From assembly GCA_003971905.1 (NCBI GenBank), contig RSEE01000043.1:496001-547292 (forward strand): a stretch of DNA of 51,292 nucleotides. The letters are read 5' to 3'. The notes beneath the pieces were generated by a model, which was not told the origin of the DNA, searched no databases, and was given only the letters and a program-made list of their open reading frames with translations. Made by a program: the position numbers and the translations under genes. Positions 11,517 to 23,200 of this stretch are shown here, one piece after another. Source of the DNA: Moniliella sp. 'wahieum' (taxonomy: Eukaryota). The first letter of the stretch is position 1. Each line of letters opens with the position of its first letter.

Positions 11517-13162
11517 TCAAGATACAGACCGATGCACCCGCTCCCGCATCGGGTCCGGCAACAAGGCCGACAAGGCTAGGCATTGTCGTTCCAGCAGCGC
11601 ATTGCGGCCCTCGAGCCAGGCAAGCAAGTCAACCGCTTGGAAGAGTACGGCGGATTTGCTGCCTGCCTCGCCGCCCGCGCTGCCACCTCGACCACGGCCC
11701 TTGCCAGCCTGTTCATCCACCTCCCGCGAGCGCTTTTTCCGCCGACTAGACGCAGCAATCGGCACTGCGACCAACGCTGCCCGATCCACCGGTCCTACCA
11801 ACGCACCATCCGTGCCCTGCGGCCCGACCAACCGCGCCGACTGCGCCCCGCACCCCTCGTCCTCCGATCGATCGTCCAACCCTTCCTCTTCCACCCCAGT
11901 CCCCGCGCCTGCCGCCAAACCCAACGCGCGCGCACCATACTTTCGCCCTATCTCCAACAACTCCACCACCTCCACAAAGCCAGCACGAATGTTCTCCCTT
12001 CTGCGCTGCTCCGAGGCGACGTGCAACGAGCGGCGCGCGGCCGCCGGCGCGCGCTCCGTCGTACGAGCCACCGTGCTTGGCGCCGAACCGCCTGGGCTGG
12101 TCCGCGCGTGTGCGCGCGGCGGCGAAAGGTTCGGCCGGCGTTTCTTACTGCTGTCCGGTTCCGGTTGTGGTTCCGGTTCTGGCTCCACGGGCTTGGGCAC
12201 AGGCGAGGGGGGCCCGTTGGCAAGCGCCACCTGCGACGGCGGGGCGGGGACGGGGAGGGTGTACGCTGGCAAATGGGCCGGCAAGTCGGGCTGGAAGGCC
12301 CACTCCAACTCCAACTCGGTGAGAAAGGTGTGGAGCAACTGCTCTTCTTGGGCATTGAACAGTCCACCCGCAGCCGGCCGCGCGGCCCCCCACGAGCCGG
12401 GCGGAGCAACAGCTGTCCCGGCGCTTGGCGGCAGAGAAGGGCCAAGCTCCGGTACCCCATCCACGTGCACCGTTTCGGGCGCTGAAAGCGGCTCGTGCGC
12501 GGCCACGTACGCTCCCCACCCCGAGGCACACCCAACGGATGCGATCGTGGTCCGGCTAGGTGGGGTCCGGGGTGCGAGCGTCGTGCCACCTGCCACGCCT
12601 GGGCCTGGTGGGGCAGCAGGGCAAAGCGGGTAGGGTAGGTGCGGAGCAGGAACATAATCACGAGGTGAGGCCGTGCAAGTAGTAGTCACGGCGGGTGGGG
12701 GGGCGGTATCGTGGGGGATACCAGGGGCGAGAGATAAGTGCCCCCCTCCTCCTGGGCTGGCAGCCGCGCGCGAGACAGCCGCGCAAGCAGGACGAGAAGC
12801 TTGGTCGGACACAACGGACGCAACCCCATGGTGCACCGAGGCGGACGGGGAACGGGGGGGAGCAGCAGACCACGCACCATCCGTGCCCAGATGGGGTAGC
12901 CGATGCGCACATCAGCCTCGCCTGCCACGGCGTCTCGGGCGAGGACGGCCTCGAGCTCAGCGAAAGATACCTGCTCGGGCAGACCAAGGTCGATCTCAAA
13001 GTCTGCAGAGCGGGTTAGACGAGGTTAGACACGCAGGCAGAGACCAGAGCCAGGGAAGCGGTGCGTACCCTCGTATGGAACAGGCATGGGGGGGAGACTT
13101 GCCCCGCCAGCAGGTGCAGGTGCAGGTGCAGGTGCAAGAGCGCGCGGGACGGGCATGCCCAT
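11517..13162 (-). CDS. bHLH transcription factor (Ino2/Ino4-like basic region) with a long loop insertion
   Basis: Basic region/helix 1 is RRSLHVASEQRRRENIRAGFVEVVELL and helix 2 is SKSAVLFQAVDLLAWLEGRN. The 5' exon starts at ATG 13162, and intron 13003-13068 (GTACGC...CTAAC...CAG) keeps the frame (PYEDFEID). The join between the 5' exons and the main ORF is less certain. Confidence 0.8.
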
Positions 13163-13254
13163 CGTAGGTGGGTAGATCGTGCCCGTGCGCGAAGGGGACG
13201 AGAGGCCCAGGGCCGAAGAAAGCATAGCGAACGTGGCGACAAACACACCGTTCT

Positions 13255-13902
13255 GGCAATGGGCAATGGGCAATGGGCAATGAGCAACGAGCAATGGGCA
13301 ATGGCGGTGATGATCGCGTTGCGACAGTAGGGACGCTGGTGACGATGTCGCCCGCCGACAGGGGAGGGCGCGACAGGTGCCGGGCACCACCGATGGTTAA
13401 CGGTTAACGGCAAAGCGTCAACGCGGGCTACCGTTGGCCGTTTCGCGGATCCGGTTGCTACGTTTCCTCCACCGGGTCCCTGGTTCCCGGGTCACCGGTC
13501 ACCGCTCACCGCTCACCGGCCTGCGTCGGGTTGAACGTTTGCGCTGACGCAGTGCTGATGAGCACGTCTGGATACAATCGATCTGATCGATCATCGATCT
13601 CTGGTCACCGGTCACCATGCATCTGCATCAGTCTCCGTGTCTCAGCAGTATCTCAGCAGTGTCACAGCAGCCTCAGGCCGAGGCCGGGCCTAGCCAGTGC
13701 CTGCCCCGGCTCACCGATTCAAGCTCTCGAAGATACAGTCTCAGATCTCTCAGATCCCATATCTGCCAGCACTATGCCTTAGGTCTTCGGCCATTTAGGA
13801 TGATCGATGATCGATGATCTGTATTTGAGCCAGGCACTAGGCACTCTTTCCCAAGTTGTCCTCCGTAGCCACGGTTACCGCGGTTACCGGTTACCGGTTA
13901 CC
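13255..13902. repeat. Cluster of 7-bp-period microrepeats in the promoter region upstream of the bHLH gene
   Basis: (GGGCAAT)n at 13255-13301, (GGTTAAC)2, (TCACCG[G/C])n at 13492-13519, (GATCGAT)n at 13799-13819 and (GGTTACC)n at 13873-13902. Confidence 0.85.
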
Positions 13903-13960
13903 AGTGAATTGGTCGGGATGCAAATGCAATACGCATGCGGGGAAGCGCTGCGAGGTGGCC

Positions 13961-13967
13961 TATATAA
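13961..13967 (+). promoter_or_regulatory. TATA box candidate
   Basis: TATATAA is followed by a pyrimidine-rich tract, the same layout seen upstream of the MP88-like gene and the 28.4 kb orphan. No clear CDS follows. Confidence 0.4.
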
Positions 13968-16351
13968 TGTGGCCCAGTTGGGGCCCTCGCATCGTCTCCT
14001 TTTCGCCCGCCCTCTCTTCGCCCATATCTATATCTGACTCAGCAAAGGGACTGTATACTCTTGCATGTGATGATTATTAGGTGTGAGATCTGAGGGCGCT
14101 TTTCTTCCAGTCTCCTCTATCGTCGCTACCTCCTACACACCCTGCCCTTGCCGCCATACATCCTGGCCGAACGCAAGTCCTTCATCATGCAGTCGCCCAG
14201 AGTACATGGTGGGATGCACGTGACATGTGATGGGCCGCCACAGTTGGTGTGAATCCCATACTACGTCTCTCCGTCTCTGCTTCTCACTCTTGGTCCATGT
14301 CCAATTCCTATTTTTTCTCCTCCACCGTTTTTTCCAATTCGCAGACGCGACCGACCAAGATATAATACGTCGGCTTGTCGTTTAGCGCCTAGCGCTTAGC
14401 GCTTAGCCCCCACCCCATAACTTAGATGGCAAGTATCCACAGAGTCGGAGCAGGTGTGATACATGTGATGGTTCTCGGCTTTTTGGTGAAGGGAGACCAA
14501 TTGTGAGAGGAACGTTCACCTGAACGGTGTTGGGCTGGTCTTTAAGTACGTGCATATGCACCGCACCGCACCCAGCAATAAAGCCCAAGTGTGGGCACGG
14601 AGACGGCTACCCAAATTGGCATCACGCTTACACCTCGGTCCTAATTGTGTGCGCGCCCGGCGACTTTTTTCCATCCCAAGGCAGCGCCCCGCACATAAGA
14701 TGTGATGCATGTGATGGTATTCTCCGTCTCTTTCTTACTGTATAGCCCCACAGTGGATCCGAATCATGCACTCCCATTTTAGAGGTTCTCCTATTGCGCT
14801 CAATATAAATCCTCTGCCTGTCTATTAGGCGTGGCCCTTGACCAGCTTGTACCAGTATTACATGCATTATTAGTAGCCATATCATTGGAGATCTGATCGC
14901 CCCTCCGTCTCTACGAGAATGGGAGAGGAACCGCGGAGACTGGCTCAAGCCCATGAGCCCGCTTTTTGGGGGAAGTTTTGGGTGTGGATTTTATGGACTG
15001 GTGAGAAAAGAGTCGAGGAGAGGCGAGGGCAAGACCGTGATTGCGGGCAAAAGAGACAAGGCGTCATGTAGCTGAAATCACGACAGAAGGGAGCGAGGCC
15101 AGAGGAGCCCCGAATGATCACGCAGATCTGGGTTAGGGGCTGTGCGGTCGAATGCAACAACATTGCTAGTGGAAGTGGGGAGGTCAGCCGTCTGCTCCTC
15201 GGTCCGCCCCGACCTGGTGGGTGCCCTAGTCGCATGTGGACTTCGTCGCGAACGCATGGACGGCAAACATGCGGTCGGGTGGAGAGATCGGGGATCAGTG
15301 TAGCACCAGGAATGGGGAAAGCTCTCTCGTATTCCTATTCCCACACTTGTGGAGCCTGAAACTACTTTGCGCAGGGGGTGGGAGGAGAGGTATAGGCACT
15401 GCAACGGGAGCAGAGGTGGGAGGAGAGGGTGATCGGCATGCTCGCTAAAGCGAACTTAGCGCAGGTAGATGTAGAGATATCTGTTTGGGATGAGCTCAGA
15501 TAATAAAAAGGTCAGTGGATGACGGGATAGAGCTGAATCAAGGTCCGACGGAAGAGACACAGAAGGCAGCAAAGGGCACTGTGGGGTCATATTTCGTGGA
15601 CGGAGTGTCTGCATCGAGGTCAAGCCTCGGTAAAGGCCTCCCTGGCCTCCTTCCATATACGGCTTTAAGCGCCGCTGCGGGTTGGATCCTCGAAGCAACC
15701 CATCTACACTCTCCGGATCTTACCTGGCGAATGTATACCCTTCAATCTGTTAGAGACCAAGAGAGAGTCCCCCTTCCGCATGGCCAAAAGGTGAGGTGTG
15801 CGCGTTAGCTGCTTCTCCTGGGTTCCTGCATTTTATTCTACTTTGAATTATTTGACTTGGTCTCCTAGATGCACATATTAGCTCGTCTGAGTTGGGCTTC
15901 CAGATGTGGGTATTTCTCGTTTCCTGTTATGTGTGCGTCTCTTCGCTTTGACTGAGAGACTCCCCCCTGCCCATTTATGTTTTTTCCTGCTTTTGGCTCT
16001 GGAGAACTTTTGTCCTTTATTTTGAGCCTTTTTCTTTTAGCCATTCCCCTCCCTGGCCAAATGTTGTGGGAGAGTAGTTCCTGCTTCATTGGTCTGCTCC
16101 TTTCTGGGTGCCATCGACCTTGATTTCTCACTCCTTTCTTCGTTTCATGTTCGATTTTTCTTCTTATATCCTACCTGCATGATGATGATGCTTGATCCTT
16201 GTCCCCCCCACCTAGTAAGTAACAACATAGGCCTCTTCTTTTTGTATATCAACAAGATATCTTTGTTTTTGCCAATCCATCCTTGACCCGAAACAGGCTA
16301 CTCCCGCGTTCCCCTATATAATTTACCCGCGGTCCCTGACCAGCTTCTAGT

Positions 16352-17048
16352 CATCACCTCTTGGTGGTGCTTTATATATCCATTCGACCAGTCACCTATA
16401 TTTCGTTCCCGTCGGTCTCTTCAGATCACAGCCTCTTCGCAGGATCCCGCTGCGATCCTACCAGAGTTGAGAAGTTTCGTCTCGTTGCCACCTAAGTCTG
16501 CCTTTTCCGGCCAAACTTTCATCAGGGTCGGAGAGTACACAAGGAAACAAATTTGGCTCTCATTCTGGCGCATAGAGACGTGATCTTGCTATGCGAGCTG
16601 ACACCCACTGATACAATCAGAGGTGTTCACCTCGTCTCTATAATATAGCTGATGGTTGTTTGGATCCGCCATTAGCGTTCAGGCTCGGCGAACCATGAGT
16701 GGGCTCTTCTCCAAGAGAACATACCCCTCTGAACAACGGTGGGCGGGGATACAGTGCGGTGTCCGCCCATCACACACACTGACCACCGAAGAAGAGAGTT
16801 GGGAGTTACATGGGTAACGCTGCCCTTGGGGTCAGTGTAAAAATGCTTTCTTTTTCTAACCGCAACACAGTGTATACCGTGGGTTCAGGAGCGCAACGCT
16901 CGTCTTCCCGGATAACAATGCAGCAGTGATGCAGCTGAAGGACCACTAGTGGTGGCACGCTTCTGATGGTGGCACGGAAGGAGGGCATGGCTGTGGTTAT
17001 GGTTTCTACAGCATCACTACTGTGATTGAAGAAGCTGTTAACCCGTGG
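16352..17048 (+). ncRNA. Candidate structured non-coding RNA, family unidentified
   Basis: A series of 7-12 bp helices, many with G-U pairs valid only on the + strand: 16461-72/16558-68, 16503-12/16526-35, 16572-80/16633-41, 16648-55/16669-76, 16738-71 hairpin, 16776-84/16830-38, 16877-85/17040-48 and 16921-32/17011-22. No credible ORF. Confidence 0.4.
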
Positions 17049-17764
17049 CCGCCTCCATGACACACCGCACCACACCGTGTCTGCGCAGTTGCCGTTTGCC
17101 TCGTTCGTCACGTCGGTTCAGGGGTGGGTCGGCTGTGGTTCGGCACACCTCTCTGCCTTTCGTTGAAAACAAAGGACCTGCGTTCGTTCAGCCTTTTGCG
17201 GGTAAGGTAGCTGGTGCAGCCTGAAGACCTGGTGCATGATGTCTGATGTCTGATGCATGATGTCTGATGCAGCGCCTTGCATTACCCACACTGATATAGT
17301 GCGCACGGCCCAACACGTCGATCTCCGCCTGGTCTTGGCAGGCGCCGTGCGAGGACGCGGGCGAAGCAGTGGCGAGGCTTGCAGCCTAAAGAGCGACAGG
17401 GCCGGAGAGGAGCGGGGCGGCGGCGCAGGAGCGCTGTGCTGAGATGCCCGCTGCAGTCGCTCTGGCGGCAGTGGTGCAGTGGCAGCACTGGCCTCGTGCG
17501 GCTGCTGCAGCGCTGCGATCGAGCGGCGATCCTGACGAAGTCGCTCTTGCCATCCCAGGCCACTAGGCGCTAATAAGCCTCAGGCGCAGGCCGCCGTGGG
17601 AAGCGTACAGAGACTGGCCCGTTGCAACGCAGTTGATTCGTGGTTGCTCGAGTATTGCAGTCTGCCGTGTCAGGCGCTTCGCTCGTGCGCGCTGCTGTTT
17701 GGGACCAACTTCTTGCTCGACATGCTCTGGTCCGCTCGAGTGCTGTGCAGGGCTCCCACTTAGG

Positions 17765-17771
17765 TATAAAA
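17765..17771 (+). promoter_or_regulatory. TATA box of the secreted-protein gene
   Basis: TATAAAA lies about 115 nt upstream of ATG 17879 and is followed by a CT-rich leader. Confidence 0.6.
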
Positions 17772-17878
17772 CCCAGCTGGTGCCATTCTCTCCCTCTCTC
17801 TCTCTTCTCTGCTTCTCTTTCCTCCCCCCTCCTCGCCGACACATCTCTCCCTCCTTCCCTACATCCCTGTCGCTCGCT

Positions 17879-18927
17879 ATGCTTGCACGCACCACGCTCA
17901 TTCCCCTCCTCTCGGCGGTCGCCGTCTGGGCTCAGGACCAGTACAATGGCCAGTACTCCACCCCGGAAAACCTTCCCGCCAAGGTCGATGGCAAGAACGG
18001 CCAAAAAGGATACAATGACTGCACTTCCCGCTATGGCTCCTCCAGCTCGAGCGCTGACTGCACCAACCTTTTCATCAACAGGTATGACTCTTCCCTTCCC
18101 CGCTTCTTTTCCTCGGTAGGGTGCCGCACAAAGACTGTGACTAACCCCCTTTCGTCTTTCAGCGTTGCCGACTTTTGCTTGTGGGGTCTGCGGAAGAGCG
18201 GGGAGACCGTAGGTGCTTCGGAAGCGACCGTGGTCTCCTACTGTCTCAAGGACGGTTACGGTACCCGCCTCATCCTGAGGGTACCATCAGCGGTGCTCAT
18301 TTCCTGAAGACACCCAACTTTATCCAGGTACGTTCTTATCGATCATTGATGGGCACGAGTGCCCCCGCTGTGCATCTGCATTCCATTCCTTCGCATATAT
18401 CCATTGTTGGGCATTACAATGTACTAACTATATGCCGATGCCTTCCTCTCTTCTCAGGTAACCGGGACGGGTGACTTTACTAGATCAACATCAGTCAGGC
18501 GATGAGGGCGGTGAGCTCGACCCCCACGGTGCGACCGGTTCGGGCAACCCCATTGGTGGCTTGGTCTACTCCACTGCTGTGTCGGGAAGCTACCAGCGTT
18601 TGCCCGAGTGGATGAGCTTCATGTCCGACTCGGAGTTCTGTGTTCGTGCCTGCACTGGGGGCGAGACAAATGATTCGCAGCAGTACTGTCAGCATATCTA
18701 CGACGAGATGGGATGCGAGTGGGTCATGCCTGCTCGTACGACGAAGGTGTCTTTGAGGAGTGTGACGGTGACTCGGGCGAAAAGCCGGGCATCTATACTA
18801 TCAACGGCAGCACCTCCACTTTTTACCAGAGCCAAGGCGCCACTCCTCTGCTCACCGCGCCCCGCGCAGCTCCAATTGCCGCAACCACGCCTCGGCCACC
18901 AATGGCCCCACCCGGCATTCTATCTAA
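17879..18927 (+). CDS. Secreted Cys-rich protein, Cryptococcus MP88 mannoprotein / macrophage-activating glycoprotein-like family
   Basis: Signal peptide MLARTTLIPLLSAVAVWA. Introns at 18082-18162 and 18328-18457. Family motifs DFCLWG, YCLKDGYGTRLI, GAHFLKTP, GDEGGELDPHGA.G.GNPIGGLV, EWMSFMS..EFCVRAC, CQHIYDEMGCEWVMP and SSNC. Several frameshifts; probable stop TAA at 18925-18927. Confidence 0.8.
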
Positions 18928-19799
18928 CACTACTACTATACGTCATCCTCACGGCCGTTATTAGGACAGCGTTTTCTCCCTGTATACGCGACTCTCCTTG
19001 TGCTTGCTACCACTTATCTCTGCCCGCACACGACGTTTTTCTCTTGCATTCCTCTTGTGCGACCCCTGTCCGTGTGATCCGCGAAGAGACACTTTATCAT
19101 TTGCCCCACCATTCGTCTTCCCTTTTGTGCGTTTTGGTCACTCTGAACCCTGTGATCCTCTCTTTGTTTTCTCATCCCCCCCTCTCTTTGGACAATCAAA
19201 CTATTGCGTTTCTATTGCATCCGCAGCCGATAAGGAACAGCATAGAAATATGCAAAAGCCCTTCCCAGCTGCATCCGTGCTATATAAACGTGGCTGTTCA
19301 ATTGGACTGCGACATCCCTGCATGATCTTCATGATATTTACGGAACGCTGGCTTGTGGCCTCCCCCTCTACTAATACAGTCTCCTCGGCCAGACAAAAGA
19401 CTGTAGGAGGGGGACATCGATAGCAACCCCTATTACCCTTCTGTGGAGATTCCCCGACGGTCTTCACCGAGAGGCTGGGTTCGCCCATGTCGACGCTCCT
19501 CATCCCCTGAGCCATCATAATCGCGTACTAGGCGGTGCGCCTTCTCGCCTGGACCGCCATGCGGGTTCTCTTTCCGTCTCGCCGCACTGTATGCGCTGGG
19601 TTAAGATGCAAAGTGCGGTGTTGGACCACGGTGTGCCCTCTATGTCAAGAGGCCGAGAGGCCGACTTGTTCTACGGGTCACCAGTTAGTAGTTAGGCTTA
19701 ATACGGTGCAGTGCAGGGATCCAATTAAACCCAATTTTAATTTCACGTGGTGACGAATATACAACTACGTTAGCAATAACATGCGGCCCCCACAAGATT

Positions 19800-19918
19800 G
19801 CAAGCTTCGGCTTGCTATCGTTAAACTTGGAACAATACAGAGAAGATTAGCATGGTCCCTGCACAAGGATGACAATCTTGACCAGAAGAGTCGCTTCTTC
19901 GAAGCACATTATGTTTTT
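19800..19918 (+). ncRNA. U6: U6 spliceosomal snRNA
   Basis: 5' stem-loop GCAAGC-TTCG-GCTTGC, then TTGGAACAATACAGAGAAGATTAGCATGG (ACAGAGA box 19837-43, AGC triad), the ISL GGTCCCT-GCACA-AGGATGAC, and a Pol III terminator T5 at 19914-18. Confidence 0.95.
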
Positions 19919-20245
19919 GTGCCAACGCCCCCGTGTCCTCCATCCACCATGCACACCGCATGCCCCATCTCCCAGCGGTCAACTTGGGATGCCCCCGGAA
20001 TCCTGTCTTTGTCTCTGGTTTCTCAAGGATTGCCTGATTTGATTTCTTGGCCCAAAAGCATCGGAGCCATGCATCATGCATCACAGTGCATCACCATGCC
20101 TGCCTGCCTCCCCACGCCTCCCCGCGGCCGAACTCCATTCCGCCCCAATTCCGCCCGTCCACCACCCAGCCCGGCGAGCCAAACCCAAATCCACCGCCCT
20201 GTTTTCTTCCTCCACCAGCCCCGGCCCTCCACCCCCCCCTCCACC

Positions 20246-23200
20246 ATGTCGGCTGCCGAGCAGCCTACCGCCGCTGTCCCGGACCCCCGGCTTTCCGCTG
20301 CAGCATCCCAGCGCTCCTGAGGGCACCGAGCCCGCCCCCGGTCTGACACTGGCCACGGGCCCTGTTGGTCAAGGCGAACCCGCCGCTGCCCATGCCACCA
20401 ACGGCATTCTTCCAACGAACCTGTCCCCCCCCCATGGTGCCCAGGCCCTGGGTGCCGCAGATCCCTCCACGGGTCCAATCTCGGACACGCACAACGATGC
20501 GCTAGTGGCCTTCTCCGCGCTGCCAGTGACGGTACCCGCGCTCGCGGTGTCCGCTTCCTTGACGACGACGAGCCCAACCTCCCCCCCATCGATGACCTTC
20601 CCAAGGACGCCAAGCGCCAGGGCAACCCTGTCAAGAGTGAGCCCACACGCCTCAAGACCCTCGCATTGACCGCTCCTCACCTGCGGTCTCGGGTGTTCCA
20701 TCCTCGCTCCCATCGACGGAGCCAGCTCAGTCCGGGCCTGCCAAACCTCAGGAACTCGAGCCTGAGAACAAGGCCAGCCTAGCCCGCGCTCGTATTGAGG
20801 CGGATGCCAGGGATGGGCCGGCGTGGATAGCGCTTTGGATGCAGAGGTGGAACGAAACGCAGATGTGGGCGACCAAGTCGCATTGTACGAAAAGATCCTC
20901 CGTTCCTTCCCTTGCCGAGAGCATTTGGGTGAAGTACATTGAGCTTCTCTCGTCCATGTCCGAGTTTGCCCGGTGGAGAGAGTTCTAGTGCGTGCGCTCA
21001 AACACACAGTCTCGGTCAACGTGTGTGCAGCTTATGTGGCGTATGTGCGGAGGATCCACCCTCTCCCCGCTGCTGCGGTGGTGCAAGCAGACTTGTCGGC
21101 AGCATCCGAGTCGGCCGCTGCTCGCCGAGTGACCGAGGGTGCCTATGAATACGTTCTTAAGCGCGTGGGGGGCGAGAGAGGGGCAGGCATGCTATGGCAG
21201 GAGTACATTACTCTCTTGAAAGAGCGCCCGGCCCACTCACCCTGGGAGGAGGCCCAGCGACTTGATGCAGTCCGAAGGGCTTACCATCAAGCTGTTATTC
21301 AACCCACTGCGGGAGTCGAGGTGCTCTGGAGAGACTACAATGCGTTCGAAACCGCCACCTCGCGCACAACGATGCGCAAGTTAGTAGGGGACCGATCTGC
21401 AGCCTACATGTCGGCACGAGAGGTGTCAAAGGCATCGGATGCGCTCTTTGATCGCATCCATTCCGCCTCCCTCCTGCACTCTTGCCTTTCCCGCCCGCCT
21501 GGGATCCGCTTCCAGCACAGGCCCGCATCGACGGGGTGGCTGATCCGCATGCGGCGGCAAGGGACCGCAGCTAGCGGCTGCATGGGTCGCACTAATCGAT
21601 TGGGAATTGTGTAACCCCCTCAAACTGGATGAGAATGATGCAGCACAGAAGGCGGCTTTGGTGGACCGGGTGGAGCATGTGCTGCACCATGCGCTGGCCG
21701 CCCTGCCGTTTTACCCTGAGATGTGGTACGTCCTACCTTCTTGTTCCCTAGACAGGCTCTCTACCAACGCGATGTTGTTCTGTAGCCTGGGATGAGGGCC
21801 AAGTAGCTAACTTAGCCCACTGCAGGCACCGTGCTGCCACGTACTATTTCTCGGCGGGTAAGATCCCTGATGGATGGAAGTTGCTGAACGAAGGCTTCCA
21901 GGCCAACCCGCGGAGTTTCCTCTTGGGTCTGGCTCAGGTGCAGCATGTGGAACGCATTCTTCTCGATGGACAGCCGGCTTCATTGCCCCCTCCTCCAGCC
22001 CAAATTATTCCAGGACTAAACCAGGCTGGCGATGCAGGGCAGGAGGAAGCCTTCTCTATCCCGGACCGACCAAGCCTCGAGTGGGACAAGTGTTTGATGC
22101 ATTAATCGGGCCCTAACGGCGCAATTGGACACGCGGGCTAGCGTTCACACCAAGGCCATTCAGGCCTTGGACCCTCAACAAGCCCCCAAGGCCAAAACTG
22201 AGGCTGCTAATGAATTCGGATGATGAGGGTGGAATGCCGCAGGCGCTCAGTCGGAGAGCAAAGGAAGAGCGGGATCGCAAAATTGCACGGTTGGACGAGG
22301 CCTATATGCAGGGCACGACCAAGTTGCGCAACGACTTGACGGTGGTGTGGATCAAGTATATGCAGGCTATCCGTCGTATCGAAGGCTTACGGCCTATGCG
22401 TGCCATCTTTGCCCGGGCGCGCAAGTCGGCCCATACGACGTGGCGCGTGTACGAGGCGAGTGCGCTGATTGAGTACCACACTTCGAAGGACACACGCGTT
22501 GCCACCAATGTGTTTGAGCTGGCGTGCAAACTTTTTGCCTCTCCCGCCGTTTTGGCTCTTACCCCCGGGGAACCGAGTGTGGCTTCGTCGGGCACGGGCA
22601 CAGGCGCGATTCCCTCCGTGGGGGGCGGCGGCCATGCAAGCCTCCCAAGAAGCGGCAGCGGCCCTGGCGGTTCGCTACCTCGAATTTCTTCTCTCCATCA
22701 ACGACGAGAACAACGCCCGTGCACTGTTTGAGCGCATCGTATCCAGTCCCTTGTCGCCGGAGCTGACCAAGCCTTTGTGGGAACGGTGGAGAGAGTTCAC
22801 CCATCAGTACGGCGATGCAGCGGCTATCGGGTCCTTGGACTCGCGCTTTTTGGCCATGTACCCTTCTGTTTCTCCCTTGAAGCCCTGTCGGAGGCTGTCG
22901 TGTGGGCCACGACGCACCGATTCATCACCGCGACTTGGGCCACCCTACACCTGAGGAAGAAGAGCAGCTGCAGCGGTCCGCACCGCCGCCCGTCGTGCAA
23001 CCTCCTCCCGCTAGTGGGGCGGCGGCGGAAGAGCCCTTCCTGCGTCGAGAGCTCGGTCAAACTCCCCCATACCCTTTGTGCCTTTCAAGCGGGCCGGAGA
23101 GGAGATGGGATTCGGTCCGAAACGCATCAAGCTGGGAGGTCCGCCCCTGCCATGCGAGAGCGCGAAAGGGAGCGCGAACGCGAACGTGCACTGGGACAAG

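Noticed and set aside
11194..12633. 479-aa + strand ORF, and other long overlapping ORFs such as 5895-6785, 8842-9594 and 33767-34405
   Set aside because: These are antisense or alternate-frame shadows of real genes in GC-rich sequence, with no domain content.
14067..14093. C box (GTGATGA) and D box (CTGA) pair
   Set aside because: The pair spans only about 27 nt, too short for a C/D snoRNA.
15763..15773. GAGAGTCCCC resembling the RNase MRP CR-I/P4 strand
   Set aside because: No properly placed GGGGCTNA CR-V partner downstream.
14000..17100. Telomerase RNA as the identity of the structured region
   Set aside because: There is no TAACCCTAA-type template on the + strand. The only 1.5-repeat match (GGGTTAGGG, 15130-38) is on the opposite strand from the one the G-U pairs favour, and no convincing pseudoknot is seen. 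Indel errors mean it is not fully excluded.
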